A DNA stretch of 64,000 bases from assembly GCA_037447605.1 (NCBI GenBank), contig CM074809.1, positions 2,656,689 to 2,720,688 of the forward strand. The letters are read 5' to 3'. Numbering within the stretch: position 1 is the first letter of the stretch; every line of letters begins with the position of its first letter. The position numbers and the translations under genes are program-made. Source of the DNA: Zygnema circumcarinatum SAG 698-1b. Its lineage: Eukaryota > Plantae > Zygnematophyceae. The notes below the pieces were generated by a model. That model worked only from the letters and a program-made list of their open reading frames with translations. It had not been told where the DNA came from and did not search any database. Positions 1-12,113 of this stretch are shown in pieces.

Positions 1-248
1 AACGGAGACATTGACTGTAGCTTGGCTGCAAACACTATGACGAGGAGCGACGCACAGGGGTCCCAAGGCCTTGCAATCACGCTGTGCTCAATTTCCTTTA
101 ATTGGAAAAATATTGTCCAGCCCATTTCTTTCTTCTTCATCCCCGTTTATCTTCAGGCTTTCTGCTATGCCCAAACAAGGAGTAAAAATCCTGAGAAAAA
201 CACACAACACAAAAACTGGCTAGCCACATGATATAGGTTCGGGTTTAC

Positions 249-1535
249 CTTGACAGAAACTATACAATGCTCTAACAGAGGCAGTAAATTAGGGTGATTG
301 AAGCGAGATGAGGCTGCAATCTCCGCGTTGACAAGCTCAAGCTGCTCCGTCGTCTGCACCAGCACCTTCTTCAGGGCATAGGTGTTGTCCGCTGCACTTG
401 GAAAGCAATTCAATGACAGAGACTAAGTTGATTACACAAGTAGTAGCGTCATAGCGGACTAATCCCACAAAACTATAAACTGGCATGCCCTCTTGACATA
501 CTTCTCTGTCATAGGAGGAAAGAAAATAAATTTTTGGCGTTTCCTCGGAAGATAAAATATACTGAGCGAGAAGCAATTATACCAGGATAAACGCCAACCT
601 GTCTGAAATAAAATCTAAACTCCCAGCGCCTTCATATTGCAGTTGGAGTGGCGTAAACTCAGACTTACTTACTTACTTTACGTACTGTATGTGCTCATAA
701 ATTCTGTTCTAGGCAAAAAGACTAATATTATAATCTAACCAGCTTTTGAGGTGCCAAAATCTTAATATATTGGTTTTTTAACTTGTTTCCACTATGAATG
801 GAGAGGGAATCAGAATGGGACTCTAGGTTGTCATCAGAAACGAGCTCTGAGTTTTATCCAAAGTATTGACAGATGAGAGAACTGGCAAAGGCTGAAGACT
901 CAGTTCAGCAAATGGAACGTTTTCAGAAGGAAGCCAACAAGCTCCGCCCTTTACAGAAACACGTTTGATCAGTTTCTGAAGGGAACCCTGCCCACATTGC
1001 AGCGTTCAATGTGCTAATGAATGATATACTTTCCGTCGTCAGCGGTCCACCGCCTGTTGCACCATAATGCAAACTGTCGCTATGTACTACCCTGGCCTTC
1101 GAGAAAATGTGTTTAGTAAGCTCTGAAGCACGGTCTCACGCCATCCTTGCATTCCACTGTCGGCTGATTCATGATGACTGCATTTATGTTACTGTTCTGA
1201 ACATGAAATTTCACAGGCTTGCAATTAACAAGGCCCTGGAGAGAATTCAAGAAAAACATCACTCGAAGGACTATAAAAATATGACAACAAGTCTCCTTCA
1301 GAACTGAAGGACTGTGGCTAGAGTGCAGTATAAGTTACTTACGAGAAACGAAGCTCAGCTTATCAGGCAACTTGCTCGGCTGATCTGAGATTACTTCTTT
1401 TGCCAGGTACACAAAGGCAAAGCCGCCCTCCCCGATCTGCTGTAGAACCTTGAATCTCCTCTCGTTCACATACACATCCTGCCCGCTGCTCACGGCATCG
1501 TACAAGGCGTTCAGGCCTGAAAGCGAGCAGCCCAT
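249..1535 (-). CDS. STK16: STK16/NAK-family Ser/Thr protein kinase, 5' part (continues off the left edge)
   Basis: Exons 1535-1343 and 391-249 join in phase (GTAAG donor, TGCAG acceptor). They give MGCSLSGLNALYDAVSSG...QIGEGGFAFVYLAKE...YALKKVL...EIAASSRFNHPNLLPLLEH, which has the Gly-rich loop, the VAIK-type Lys and an N-terminal MGC acylation motif typical of plant STK16 homologues. Confidence 0.88.
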
Positions 1536-1843
1536 GGCGGTCCTTTGCAGCAGAAACAGCGCCGTCAGCCACACCTCAGCTCCCGATGACTACAAGCCTT
1601 CCTCGCTTCTGTCTCCCGCGCCTCCTCTCTCTCGCTCTCCCTCTCACTCTCGCGCACTCTCTGGCTCTCTCCAACAACAGCAGCTCCCGTCGCCGAGGAG
1701 AGCAATCATTAAAGAAAAAAAAAAAAAATGATATTTGTTTGGTGGTAACCGTAAAATCAATCAGGTCCTTAAGGAAGTTCTTTATTTTTATCTCTAAAGA
1801 AAATTTCTCATTGTTACTCATTATCTCGAGCTACTTTTGTTCA

Positions 1844-1878
1844 TGTACATTTGATGGCCTCGCCATCGTGAGTTCAAT
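1844..1878 (+). repeat. Dispersed hairpin motif copy (TGTACATTTGATGGCCTCGCCATCGYGAGWTCAAT)
   Basis: One of seven copies. Others: 2651-2680(-), 16484-16520(-), 23581-23617(+), 23925-23960(+), 53275-53322(+), 58581-58610(-). Confidence 0.8.
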
Positions 1879-3289
1879 ACAATTTCTTAAAGTTCTCATT
1901 GTTCAAGCGAATCCAATAGGATTGGACTGAATGATTGAATGAACACTAGAAATCGGAATTGTTCGAGTGTGAGGCATTGAACAAAATGGAAAAAGTTCAA
2001 AATCTCACTGTATTTTTCTCCCAAGTGTGGATTCCACTTTTTGCCACGTAGGATTCAGGCAATCCGAGGGCTCCTGTTTAACTTCAGTTTTACCGTACGA
2101 TTTCTCGAGCCAGCGGTCAACGATTGCGCTTGAAATCCTAACGAGACATTAATATACACTTGGAGAAATGCCCAAAGCTACTACAGTACTGCTTAAGAGC
2201 ATGATTTTCCATGGCGGAGAGAAATCTAAAAAATTAAAATCAAAATCACACGTTCTGCGATTTGCCAAAATCTCATTTGTTGATCCGTGGATGTGAAGCA
2301 AGCTTGAGTTCAACACGACCGGTCGCTAATTCTTCAACGTTCAATTGCTTTCGTTTAGAATTTGTATTGAACAAAAACTGGAGGACTTCAACTTCACCGA
2401 TTTGCGTAAAGTTCGTTTTTGAGAATCTCGTTTTCTTTTGAAAAATTCGATTCCGTTTCTTCTCGGAGAATGATACTGCACCCCCTTTTTTGGATATCCC
2501 AACCCCCTTGAAAATTTCACCCTCCCAATTTGGTTATCCCGCCACCCTTGCATTGGATATTTCACCCCCTATTTTGGATATTCCACCCCCTGTTTTCTCC
2601 TTTTCACTACCGACTTCCAGCATTCTGCAACAAAATAAAAGGGGATTTGCATTGATCTCACGATGGCGAGGCCATCAAATGAATATGGACGAAGTCAACA
2701 TGGGGAACCACGAGAAACTGGTCGCAAAATTTCTAAGCACAAAATAAAAATACTAGGAGCAAAAAACTAAAAAGAAAACTAAACTGAACTAGGCCTAAGC
2801 GCAAAAACGCAGCCCTAAAAGCAGCCGCGAAGGTCACCGATGTGGGGCAACCGTTACTCTTCGTTTTGGGGGTAGGATCGTAGACCCCCTAATTAAGGCA
2901 AGTCTTGAGTTCCAAAATAGGGGGTGAACTAAACAAAACAGGGGGGGGGGGGTAACCAAAATGGGAGGGCAAATTTTTCACAGTTCGGACCAGTGGATCG
3001 GCAACCATTGGACAACCATTGGATGGCAATGGTTGGACGTCTACTGGTTGGCAATAAGTCGAATGGTTGTTTCGGTCCGCAACCACTGGTTGGCAACCAG
3101 TCGAATGGTTATATCCATTAAATCAAAATGGTTGGCAACCATTAAATCACTAGTTGTAGCGAACTGAACGCTACAGTTACCAAAATGCCGTCGGCGTTTC
3201 GGAGAAAACTATTACGGTTCGGCCGTACAAAATCCCCGTACAACCGTACGATTATGCTGTACGAATCCGTACGCATCTGTACGCATCAG

Positions 3290-4174
3290 CAGGCCTCTTC
3301 AAATAGGGGATTTCGGCTTAAGATAGGGGACTGTCCCCTAACTTGGTTTTGTAAAAACACGTAAATCTGGACTGTACGGACGAAACCGTGCACGTACGGA
3401 CGAGAATTTTGTGGAGACCTTGCTTCATCATTTCCCAACACTACTACCGTCGAGTCTGATTTTTGAGTAATTGGATGGGAGAACGACGAGTTTCAAAAGA
3501 GGTTGACAGACTTTTCATTGGAAGGCATTCTTCACTGCAAACAGTTTGATAGTTTGACCGCTCTTCGAGGGTCTCTTTGAGTAGTTTGCATCACTTCTAT
3601 AGCTGGCTTGATCAGCTTAAAACTCCTAAGGGAGTGAGACCATTTTTCATTTCATTTCTAATTTTAGTTCCTATTTCAGTTTTTCTTTTGTGACTACACC
3701 TAGAATTTCAGAGGTTATGATTTGGAATAGAGTTTTTGTGAGGAAATTTCAAGACTATGATAGATTCTAAAGTGATACTTGGAGTAATTAATGATGGATG
3801 GAAAAGGAAATAGAGAGCTTAGGATTGGATCTACAAAGTTTCAGTGCAATTGGGTTTTTGAATAAGCAACTATATGTTGTGATTGCCAAATGCACAGTTG
3901 TTCTAATTGATTGGTAAAATTTACCAATCTATAAGAGTCGAAGAGGTTGCACCAGTTTTTAAAGCCGTGTTGTTATACCAACAAGTAAAGTTCATATACA
4001 TCATTGCTATCGTGGTTGCAAACGCAATTCATTTCCTTTTTGTTTTTAACCAAAAAAATGCTTTTTTGGGGCTTGTGTGGTATTTAAGTTGAAATCACGT
4101 AAACTAATCTCAAAATCTTACATAAATAAGCTATTTACGATATTTAGGGGATCTCCCCTATTTGAAGAGGCCTG
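3290..4174. mobile_element. hAT-like MITE (885 bp)
   Basis: Perfect 21-bp TIR CAGGCCTCTTCAAATAGGGGA and exact 8-bp TSD CGCATCAG (3282-3289 and 4175-4182). A CAGG start with an 8-bp TSD is characteristic of hAT. No transposase ORF. Confidence 0.85.
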
Positions 4175-4270
4175 CGCATCAGGCTTGTTACACTAGTTGT
4201 CAACGGTTGGCAACCAACCAAAAAACACAAACGACCCATTTTTGCAAAAAGGCATAATTTCAGAAATTCA

Positions 4271-4658
4271 ATGGTTGCCAACCATTGGATCACTGGTTCC
4301 GAACCAGTCGAATGGTTGTTTCAGTCCTGCGCCACTGGTTGGCAACCAGTCGACTGGTTTGGAACCAGTGGATGCCACTGGTTGGCAACCAGTCGAATGG
4401 TTGTTTCGGTCCGCAACCACTGGTTGGCAACCAGTCGACTGGTTTGGAACCAGTGGATGCCACTGGTTGGCAACCAGTCGAATGGTTGTTTCGATCCGGC
4501 GGCACTGGTTGCCAACCAGTCGAATGGTTGCCAACCAGTGGCATCCACTGGTTCCAAACCAGTCGAATGGTTGCCAACCAGTGGCATCCACTGGTTGGCA
4601 ACCAGTCGAATGGTTGTTTCGGTCCGCAACCACTGGTTGCCAACCAGTCGACTGGTTT
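4271..4658. repeat. Minisatellite built from palindromic ACTGGTTGGCAACCAGT modules (~85-bp higher unit); degenerate continuation at ~3000-3143
   Basis: Repeated 17-bp near-perfect palindromes are joined by CG/CGA/GGATGCC linkers. The unit starts recur at 4332 and 4417. This explains the overlapping ORFs in all six frames. Confidence 0.9.
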
Positions 4659-5340
4659 GTCTAATGGTCCGATCTGTGAAATTTTTCAAAAAGCGGGGGT
4701 GTGATATCCAAAATGGGGGGGGGGGGGTGCAGTATCATTCTCCTTCTTTTAAACCTGTTTAATTTTTTTTTCACGATACATGTAAATTGGAAACCCAGTT
4801 TCTGTTCAACCTCCAGTTAAACAACATTTCTCCGGCAATTCGGCTGAGTTGAACTGTTAAACTTTCTCGTACCAAGTTTCGTCTCCAACACGTCCCCAAC
4901 AAGTTCTAGTCTTGTAAAGACCGAGGATACTCAATGCAACATTTGGAAGTGAAATTTCAATATTGAATCAGCACAAAATTTATTTAGTGCCAAGAGGAGC
5001 ACTCCCACTACCCCTACTTCTGCAGCCTTTCCTAGCTTGGATATCTGCAGGTCAATCTGTTAACCCTACTAGTAAACACGGCGACTATTATTGTCTAAAT
5101 GCTTTAAGCAGCAGCCAACTTACAGCTATTTAAGAATGTACACAATCAGGTGGTGAGCACAAATCTTGATACACATGTTGCCAAGCGTTCAAGACCAGTC
5201 CTACTGCCAATTCATCCTCTTCATGAACAACAACATGACTGCTTTTTGTGTTGCCTAATCCTTCTCACCACCCCCCTCTCGCCATCACTCTCTTTCTTCC
5301 GAATCGCGGAACGACCGAAGATGAGGGCGGGCCCGCCCTG

Positions 5341-8217
5341 CTACGAGGGCTCCGCTTTCGCCATCTCCAGCTGCCGCTCAAGCCAAAGCATCATCTCCTT
5401 CTGCTTCGACCGCAGCAGATGCCCCAACGCGTCTCCCTTCACCTCCACGTCTCTGTCCAGAAGCAGACACTCCTCCCTCTCCTTTCGGTGCATGTCATCG
5501 ATTCTTTGGCAGTCCCGGGCCCACCTCCCCCACAGCTCCTTCACAGCCTGCACCGTCTCCTCCGTCCGCTGCGCTTTCGCTCTCGTCGCCGATGCGCTAA
5601 GCTCCTGCAAAAGCACAAAAAACACACACAGTTCCCCGTCAGAACACACACACACTGAACAGGATTTGAGAAATGCACAGTATGGCTTCAGGCACTCGGA
5701 CAACTACGCTCACACACGCTGCATCAAGCAAAGCGCTTGTAAGCCGCTTGTATGCACCCACAACGTCTCCTTGCTCTCTCTCTCTCTCCCTTTCTCTCGC
5801 TCTCTCTCACTCCCTCACCTCAAGCCGTCGCTTGGTGCGCTCTTGCCTCTCTGTCCGCACAGCTGCCCACGTCTGCAGCGATGCATCATGCGCATCGGCT
5901 GCTCTGCATCCTTCCTCACCCCTCCTATCGTCCCTGCAGCTCTCTCTACCACCCTCTACCGTGCTGCGAGAGACTCCCTCATGGAGTCTCGAGCCCCTTT
6001 CTCCTCCCTTTTGGCCGGCGGCCCCTCCTCCTCCCTCGGCAGTAAGCAGGACCAAGACGGTGGCGGCCTCACTCACATCGTTGACGGGGTCCTTTGCGGC
6101 CTTCACGGGGCGATTTTGCATGCGTCGACTCCGACTGCCGAGGGGGCCCGTCACTCCCGAATGGTCGGATAGCGACTCTCCCCCTCTACCCTCTGCTTCA
6201 AGGGCTCTGCCGGAGAAGCTGTCCTCCATCCTCCTTGAAACTACCGCTCCCTCTACTCCTCCCCCACATCCCACTTTTGCAGATCTCCCAGCCATGGGGA
6301 TGGACGGGGCAGAGTTTGCAAAACTCAGCGCGTTCCTCTCAAGAGAGGGAAGCAGAGTGCAAGGTCGGAGGAACGACGCCATGGCCGCCTGCTCGAGAGG
6401 GGATGCAGATGTAGGCTTTGCAGAGACGCTGCCACTCGCGTGTGTCTGAGAAGGCAAGGAGGAGGCCACCCATGATGGGCGAGGAGGGAGACTGTGAGTG
6501 AGCCCGAGCATCCCCAACAGGTTGGGAGAAAGGAGCTGCTCCGGAGAAGGCCGCATCCCCGTGACGTTGGAGAGGCTGGAAGAAATAGAAGAGCTGTTGG
6601 GATAAGCTGCCTTGGAGGGCGACTGCGTGGCCGACCAAACCTCAAATCGTCGAGTCTCTTCAGGAGAAAGCTTTCCCCCCCCTCCGAGGAAGGGTCCACA
6701 TTCCTGCATGAGGGTTGATCCCCCACTGGTTGCAGTTCCCGCATCGACCAGGGGGGGGGCGGAGTCCACGTGGAGGTCCACGTGGAGGTCAACATTGAGG
6801 TCGATCAAGCAGCGGCTTCCCCGGTGGCTGTGACTGTCCCTTGCAGCATCTTCTTCATACTTCTGCGGCTTAAGCCCACGAGCTCCCACTCCCCTCGCGC
6901 TGTTCCCGCTGCCTTCATCTCTCACTGCATGTGCATCCTCCATCTTCACGTCGGTGTGACCCATCGATTCGATGCTTCCTCCCTTCGCCTTCTTTCCTCC
7001 AGTGCCTCCCTTTACACCACTTGCATTCTTTTCGTCTCCTTTCCTCAGAAACTCCTGGACATTTCGAGCCATGTTCTCTCCCCAGTCGCCTCCATCGGCT
7101 TGCTGCTGAGCTGCCAAGGCTCCTCTCTCGCTGCTCACACTGTGGTAGTGGTTCAGCCCCTTGGACTCTCCGCTCTCCTCGCTGCTCTGCACGTTCCTCC
7201 TCTCCTCTTGCTCTCTCGGTGTAGCCGCCCCCTCCCGATCTCCGTCACAGCTGAAAGGAATCTTCGACACGACTTTCCGTCTCCGTTTGCTCGGCGGTCC
7301 AGGTGGGATAGCTCCTCTGTTCCGCATCTTCGCCTGCAAATACACCAAAAAATGTACAGAGGTCAACAATAGACGCTTGAAAGAAAAAAGAAAAAAAAAG
7401 CCAATGAAAATCGAGAAGATTTTCAGCATCCTTAACCATGACTACAATATCGACCTTCCGGCGTTCGCACCTGCAAGCGACTCCACCTCTTTTTGCAGGC
7501 CTCCGCCCCCCGGCTGAATGCCTTCTTTGTGCGCCATGCGACGGAATTCCAACTCGTGGGTCTGAAAACACACACAGCAATGACAACGGCAATGTCATCT
7601 CCCGCCTCCGCGTCATCCACAGGAATCTATGACCCTCTGAGAAATTCCTCACTCTCAGGAACCCTTTGATAGTGCATCATTCCTGTCGATCCGACCAAGG
7701 CAGGCAGCAGTGCAGAAAGAAAGCGAGGGGGGAAGGGAGAGAGTGAGAGGTTGCACCCGTATCTCTCCACATAGTCTAGCAGAATCTCGTCCTCCTCGGA
7801 GGTCCACTTGGCGCCCACCCATGGCTTCAGCGCTACGTGCGCGCCCTCCCCGCCCTCCTCTGCGCCTGCCTGCACGTCGCCGGCCTTCACCGCCTCCATG
7901 GAGGAATCTCCGGCTCTCACACTCTCATTGGCAGTGGTGGCCTCTTCCTCCTCCTTTACGTCTTTCTGCTCCGCAACTGCTGCTGCATTAACTTCTTCAG
8001 AACCGTTTCTCTGCTTCTTGCCTTCCTCTTCAGGAGTGCAGCCACTATCTCCTTGGCTTTCAGCTCCCTTAGAATCGCGCTTTTCCACTCCTGCTCCTTT
8101 GGCGGGCCCGCTCTTCTCGGAGATACTTTCTCGGGCTCCATCCGCAGCCATGGCTGCCGTGGACTCGTCCACTTCCGTGCTCCGATCGGCTTCATTTTGA
8201 TCCTGCTGGAGTCCCAT
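5341..8217 (-). CDS. Single MYB/SANT-repeat protein (~776 aa) with long low-complexity region and C-terminal coiled coil
   Basis: Exons 8217-7757, 7561-7471, 7333-5819 and 5604-5341 have GT/AG ends and total 2331 nt in frame. The spliced repeat reads KWTSEEDEILLDYVERYG-PTSWNSVAWRTKKAFSRGAEACKKRWSRL, with three regularly spaced Trp. A basic NLS-like PPSKRRRK follows. Confidence 0.75.
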
Positions 8218-8544
8218 TTCTAGACAAAGTCGACGGAAAGAAAGGGTCTGCATATTAAAGCGGTCACACAAATTCAGAAAACAATCAGCTCAGTCCTGGA
8301 GAAGCAACGAGCATTCAGAGTACGTCAATCTTCTCGTGCGTGCATGCTTGGTGCAATTTCGACACAAACGAAACGGAGGCGAGTTTCCTCATCCAATCTT
8401 GAAAAAAAAAGGACGCAGGTGACGAAAAGACCACGCCAGCGGCTTCGAAAAGCAAGCACACGCACACAGCACGCGCGCACGCACCAGGTGGTCCTTGCGA
8501 GGAGTGTGACCCTCCGCCGACAGCTGCAGGAGCGTGGACCGCGG

Positions 8545-8557
8545 GTCGACACTCTCC

Positions 8558-8591
<34 letters not shown>

Positions 8592-9690
8592 GCGGCGAGC
8601 GGCGAGAAAGCAGTAGCGGCGGTGGCTGGCTGGCTGGCTGCCTGGCTGCCCACTCGGCTCCTGCCCTGTCCCGCCCACTGCCCTGTGCGCGGCCCGGAGC
8701 GGGCCGTCCCTCCGCGGGGCGTGGCCGCCGGTGTCGGCCCGCCGCCCGCTGGCCCCGGGCGGGCGGGACCCGCGATGACGGCGGACCCGCCGCGTCCGTA
8801 CGGCCAGCTCCGGGCAGAGGTTGCGCCGCGCGGACCGGCTCCCCCGCGCGGCGCGCCACGTGGCACGGCGCGCGTGCGCGGCCGTACGCGCTCGGCGCTG
8901 GCCGCGCAGCGGGGGGGGGACGGAGGGAGAGAGGGCGGGCGGGCGGACGGACGGACGGAGGGAGGACGGAGGGGGGCCCTGCCTGCGTGCCTCAGGGAGC
9001 GCGCGTGGCGGCGCCGCCAGCTGGCACTGGCCCGCGCCGCCCGTTGCCCGGCGCCGCGGAAGCCGGGGGGGGGGAGGGGCCGCGCGCCCGCCGGGCCGCC
9101 CGCCGGGGCCGGGCCCGGGCGCGGGGGGCCCGCCCGCCCGCCTGCCTGCCTTGCCTCCCGCGCCGCCACGCGGCGCCGCCCGCCCGCCGGCCGGCCGGCC
9201 GGCCCGCCCTGCAGCAGCAAAGGAAAGCGGGGCCGTACGGTGGGCGGGCGGGCGGGCGGGCGGGCGGGCGGGCTTTGACTGCAGACGCGGACCGGACGCG
9301 GGGGCGGGGGCGGAGGACCCAACGGGCCGGGCCGGGCCGGGCGGGGGCGGGCCGGCGGGCGGGCGCAACCAACCGACCCCGAAACGGGCCCGCGCGCCCG
9401 CCCTCGCGCAAACCGCCGCGGGCGGGCGGGCAAGCGGGCGGGCGAGCGGGCGGGCGCGCACGCCGGAGAGGCGGCGGAGGGGGCCATCCGACTCGGACGC
9501 CGGCTGGCCGCCCGCCCGGGCACGCGCGAGCCGGTCCGTGCCGCGCTGTACGGCGACGAGCGCGCGCTCGGAGGGCCCACTTTGGGCGTAGGCCGCTCGG
9601 GCGGTCCTTGGTCGGTCGGGCGGTCGGCGGTCGGCGGTCGGTCTCACGAGCGGAGGCCGCCGTGCCGGGAATGACGCGCGGCTGCCGCCA
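8545..9690. promoter_or_regulatory. Extremely GC-rich, CpG-island-like region upstream of the MYB gene
   Basis: Low-complexity (GGGC)n/(GGCC)n sequence with CCGTACGG at 8796 and 9233, directly 5' of the minus-strand gene. Confidence 0.55.
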
Positions 9691-9731
9691 ACGCATGCAT
9701 GCACCGAGGGAGTGTGGGGAACTTGGAAGAG

Positions 9732-9783
9732 GATGGATGGATGCATGGATGGATGGATGGATGGATGGATGGATGGATGGATG
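9732..9783. repeat. (GGAT)n microsatellite
   Basis: Direct reading of the GGATGGAT... tract. Confidence 0.9.
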
Positions 9784-9926
9784 TGCGACGCGACTCTTCT
9801 CAATGTCTTCGAACATGAGCTTTACGTCACGGGACAAAATAAGTGAAAAGGTAGACAGCAGATTGAACAAACATAAAACTAGTCTAGGAATGTGCGAGGT
9901 TCTTCCAATTTAGTTCACAATATTAA

Positions 9927-10878
9927 TAGGGTAGTGATATTTCCACCCCTTTTTTGGATCCAAACACCCCTTCCCGGCCGGGCAGATTGCAAAAGGGATT
10001 AAAAACGGAAAATGCTTTTTTCACACCTTTTTGGAATCGATACCCACCTCCTTTCGTCGGCTGATTTTATTTTTGGTAACCAAGGAAAATGATACCCCGT
10101 CACTGCATTTTGAATACTGTATCCCGCCTCCCTGAATTTTTTTTTTGAGGGGAAGAAATATCTGCCAGCCCAAATCCGCTCGAAGTGGAAGATCCGTCAG
10201 CCACGAGATCGTTCGCGGATGTCCGTCCTTCACACGTGTGTGTCAATCGCAGCTGTCGATTCCCTCGCAGATCGCACCATTGCAGGTCACCGTTCGATCT
10301 GCAGCCGGGCTCGATCTTAGCGAATGGAAAGCGCCCACGAGTCCCGTCAAAGCCGGATCGCACGAGCGAATGCGCGCTTCCCTCGGCCCGAGATCTCGTC
10401 ATTGTTAAATCCCAGCCAATAAACATCAGCCACGTGTTACATTTTTGACGTGGAAAATTTTGATTGGTCCAAGCTCTCAATGTACGAAATTTTGGGTTCC
10501 ACAAGTTGCGACCGTACACCATTTGTACGGACAATCTTTTCAGACGACTTTGGCGGGATACGTGGGCACGTGCCATTCGCTGTGACCGAGCCCGGCTGCA
10601 GATCAAATAGCGATCTGCCGTGTTGCGATCTGCGAGGGAATCGACGGCTGCGATTGACCGCACGCGTGGAAAAAAATTCAGGTAGGCGGGATATTCAAAA
10701 TGAGGTGACGGGTTATCATTTTCCTTGTTTCGCAAAAATAAAATCTGCCGATGGAGGGTCGGTATCGATTCCAAAAAGGTGTGAAAAAAGTATTTTCCGT
10801 TTTTAATCCATTTTGAAATCTGCCCGGCCGGGAAGGAGTGTTTGGATCCAAAAAAGGGGTGGAAATATCACTACCCTA
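9927..10878. mobile_element. Foldback MITE with long imperfect TIRs
   Basis: Terminal TAGGGTAGTGATATTTCCACCCCTTTTTTGGATCCAAACAC is mirrored at 10840-10878, and inverted similarity continues inward for ~300-400 bp. Flanks are TTAA on both sides; the alternative reading is a TA TSD with GGG termini. Confidence 0.85.
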
Positions 10879-11039
10879 TTAATACCAAATGGTGATGTGA
10901 AAGCAGAAACATTGGTGCTCCTGCGAACATGCAGTACGGCCCCCTACCCAAAAACCGCTTGACAAGTCATTGCACTTGGCGAGCCTTCGTGTTGAGTGAT
11001 AAAGCAAAGGATGTGGCAGTGAAGTAAAGAGGTGGCAGT

Positions 11040-11650
11040 TCGTCTGCCGTTCGCGGCCAGCGCGTGCCAGGCAGGGCGGGCCCGTTGTTGCGGGCGGCTG
11101 CTGACGCCACGCCGCCGGGCGGCCGGCTGGCCGGATGCGGCGCTGGTCATGAATGGCCCACGCGCGTGCCGCCTGCCGCCGTCCCGCGCGGCGCCGGGCG
11201 GCCGGCCGCCTGGGCGGGCGGCAAGTTGGCGGGGCTGCCCCGCCCCCCGTCCCGCCCTCCCGCGCCTGACGACGACCACCGCCCTCGCGCCGGCGCCACG
11301 CGAGGGCCGTACGCAAATCAGGTCCTGCGCCGTACGCGTCCGCCGTAGCGGCAAGCCGCCGGCCCGTCGCGCCGTGCGCCGCCGTCCGCGCGCCCGCCCG
11401 CCCGCCGCGGCAGGCAGGCTGGCTGGCTGGCAGGCGGGCAGGCGGGCGCGGGCGGCCACTAGGGCGGGCGGCGCCGCCCGCCCTGCGCCTGCCTGCCTGC
11501 CTGCCCGCCTGCATGCGCGCGGGGGCGTCCGCCCGCCCGGGGCCGGGCCGTACGCGCGTCCATGTGCGCCCGCTCGCCCCCGTACGGCCCCGCCCGCCCG
11601 CCCGCTCGAGCGGCACAGGGGTGCCAGGGCTGCACGGACAGGGCCGTCCT
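11040..11650. promoter_or_regulatory. GC-rich island upstream of the DUF1499 gene
   Basis: GC-rich low-complexity tract with CGTACG at 11308, 11331, 11549 and CCGTACGG at 11580. Confidence 0.5.
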
Positions 11651-12113
11651 GCCGCTTCGCCTTTCCGCATTTAGGGATGGACATTTATAACCCAGTGTCG
11701 TGTATTAGAATTCCAATAAAATTTTCTAAAAGTCAGACCGTTTTACAAAACACTTTTAGAACGGCTGTGCAGTCGTACGGTCTCCGACGCGCCACCCCAA
11801 TTCGCCTACAATACTATACGGTCGTACACACAGTTCAATTGCAGTGGTAGTACGGCCATTCTAATAGTGTTCTAAAACTCTGAAACGTTTAGATTTTAAA
11901 ACGTTCTAATTCTGAAATCTAAAACTCTAGAAGTCCCCTTGTACGGACTTTTTGCCATCCCTATTCCGCATGCCGACAGGCCTTGCCGTACGCCCTGGCT
12001 GGGCCTCGTACGGCCCGGGGACCCTGCGCGACGTCCATCCGTACGAGCGTTGTAGCCACGGCGGCCCGCCCGCGCCCCTCCGTACGGCCGCTTCAGTGCT
12101 TGCCTCGGCAGCC

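Larger units (their letters stand above)
2465..4743. mobile_element. Non-autonomous long-TIR DNA element (GGAGAATGATA family) carrying nested insertions
   Basis: The 21-bp terminal inverted repeat GGAGAATGATACTGCACCCCC lies at 2465 and (reverse complement) ends at 4743, followed by imperfect TTTTGGATATC..CCCC..GAAATTT similarity. It has the same terminal architecture as the element at 38661-44628. TSD is only partly matching (TTCTTCTC vs TTCTTTTA). Confidence 0.7.

Noticed and set aside
1851-1870. Hammerhead ribozyme/retrozyme interpretation of the dispersed hairpin motif
   Set aside because: The catalytic core (CUGANGA...GAAA) is absent; TTGATGG is only superficially similar.
4197-4762. Six overlapping repetitive ORFs (WQPVDW/ATSRMVV repeats)
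   Set aside because: They are a by-product of the palindromic minisatellite, whose ~85-bp period is not a multiple of 3.
5150-7517. Long + strand ORFs (340, 258, 200 aa)
   Set aside because: They are antisense shadows of the MYB gene exons.
8315-9913. Multiple 200-490 aa Arg/Pro/Gly/Ala-rich ORFs on both strands
   Set aside because: They arise from stop-codon scarcity in GC-rich low-complexity DNA; no domain or splice support. The same applies to the ORFs at 10879-11850, 56428-57433 and 53485-53905.
11746-11873. 22-bp imperfect inverted repeat within an AT-rich patch in the DUF1499 promoter
   Set aside because: Short and degenerate with no TSD; it might be a MITE relic but cannot be supported.
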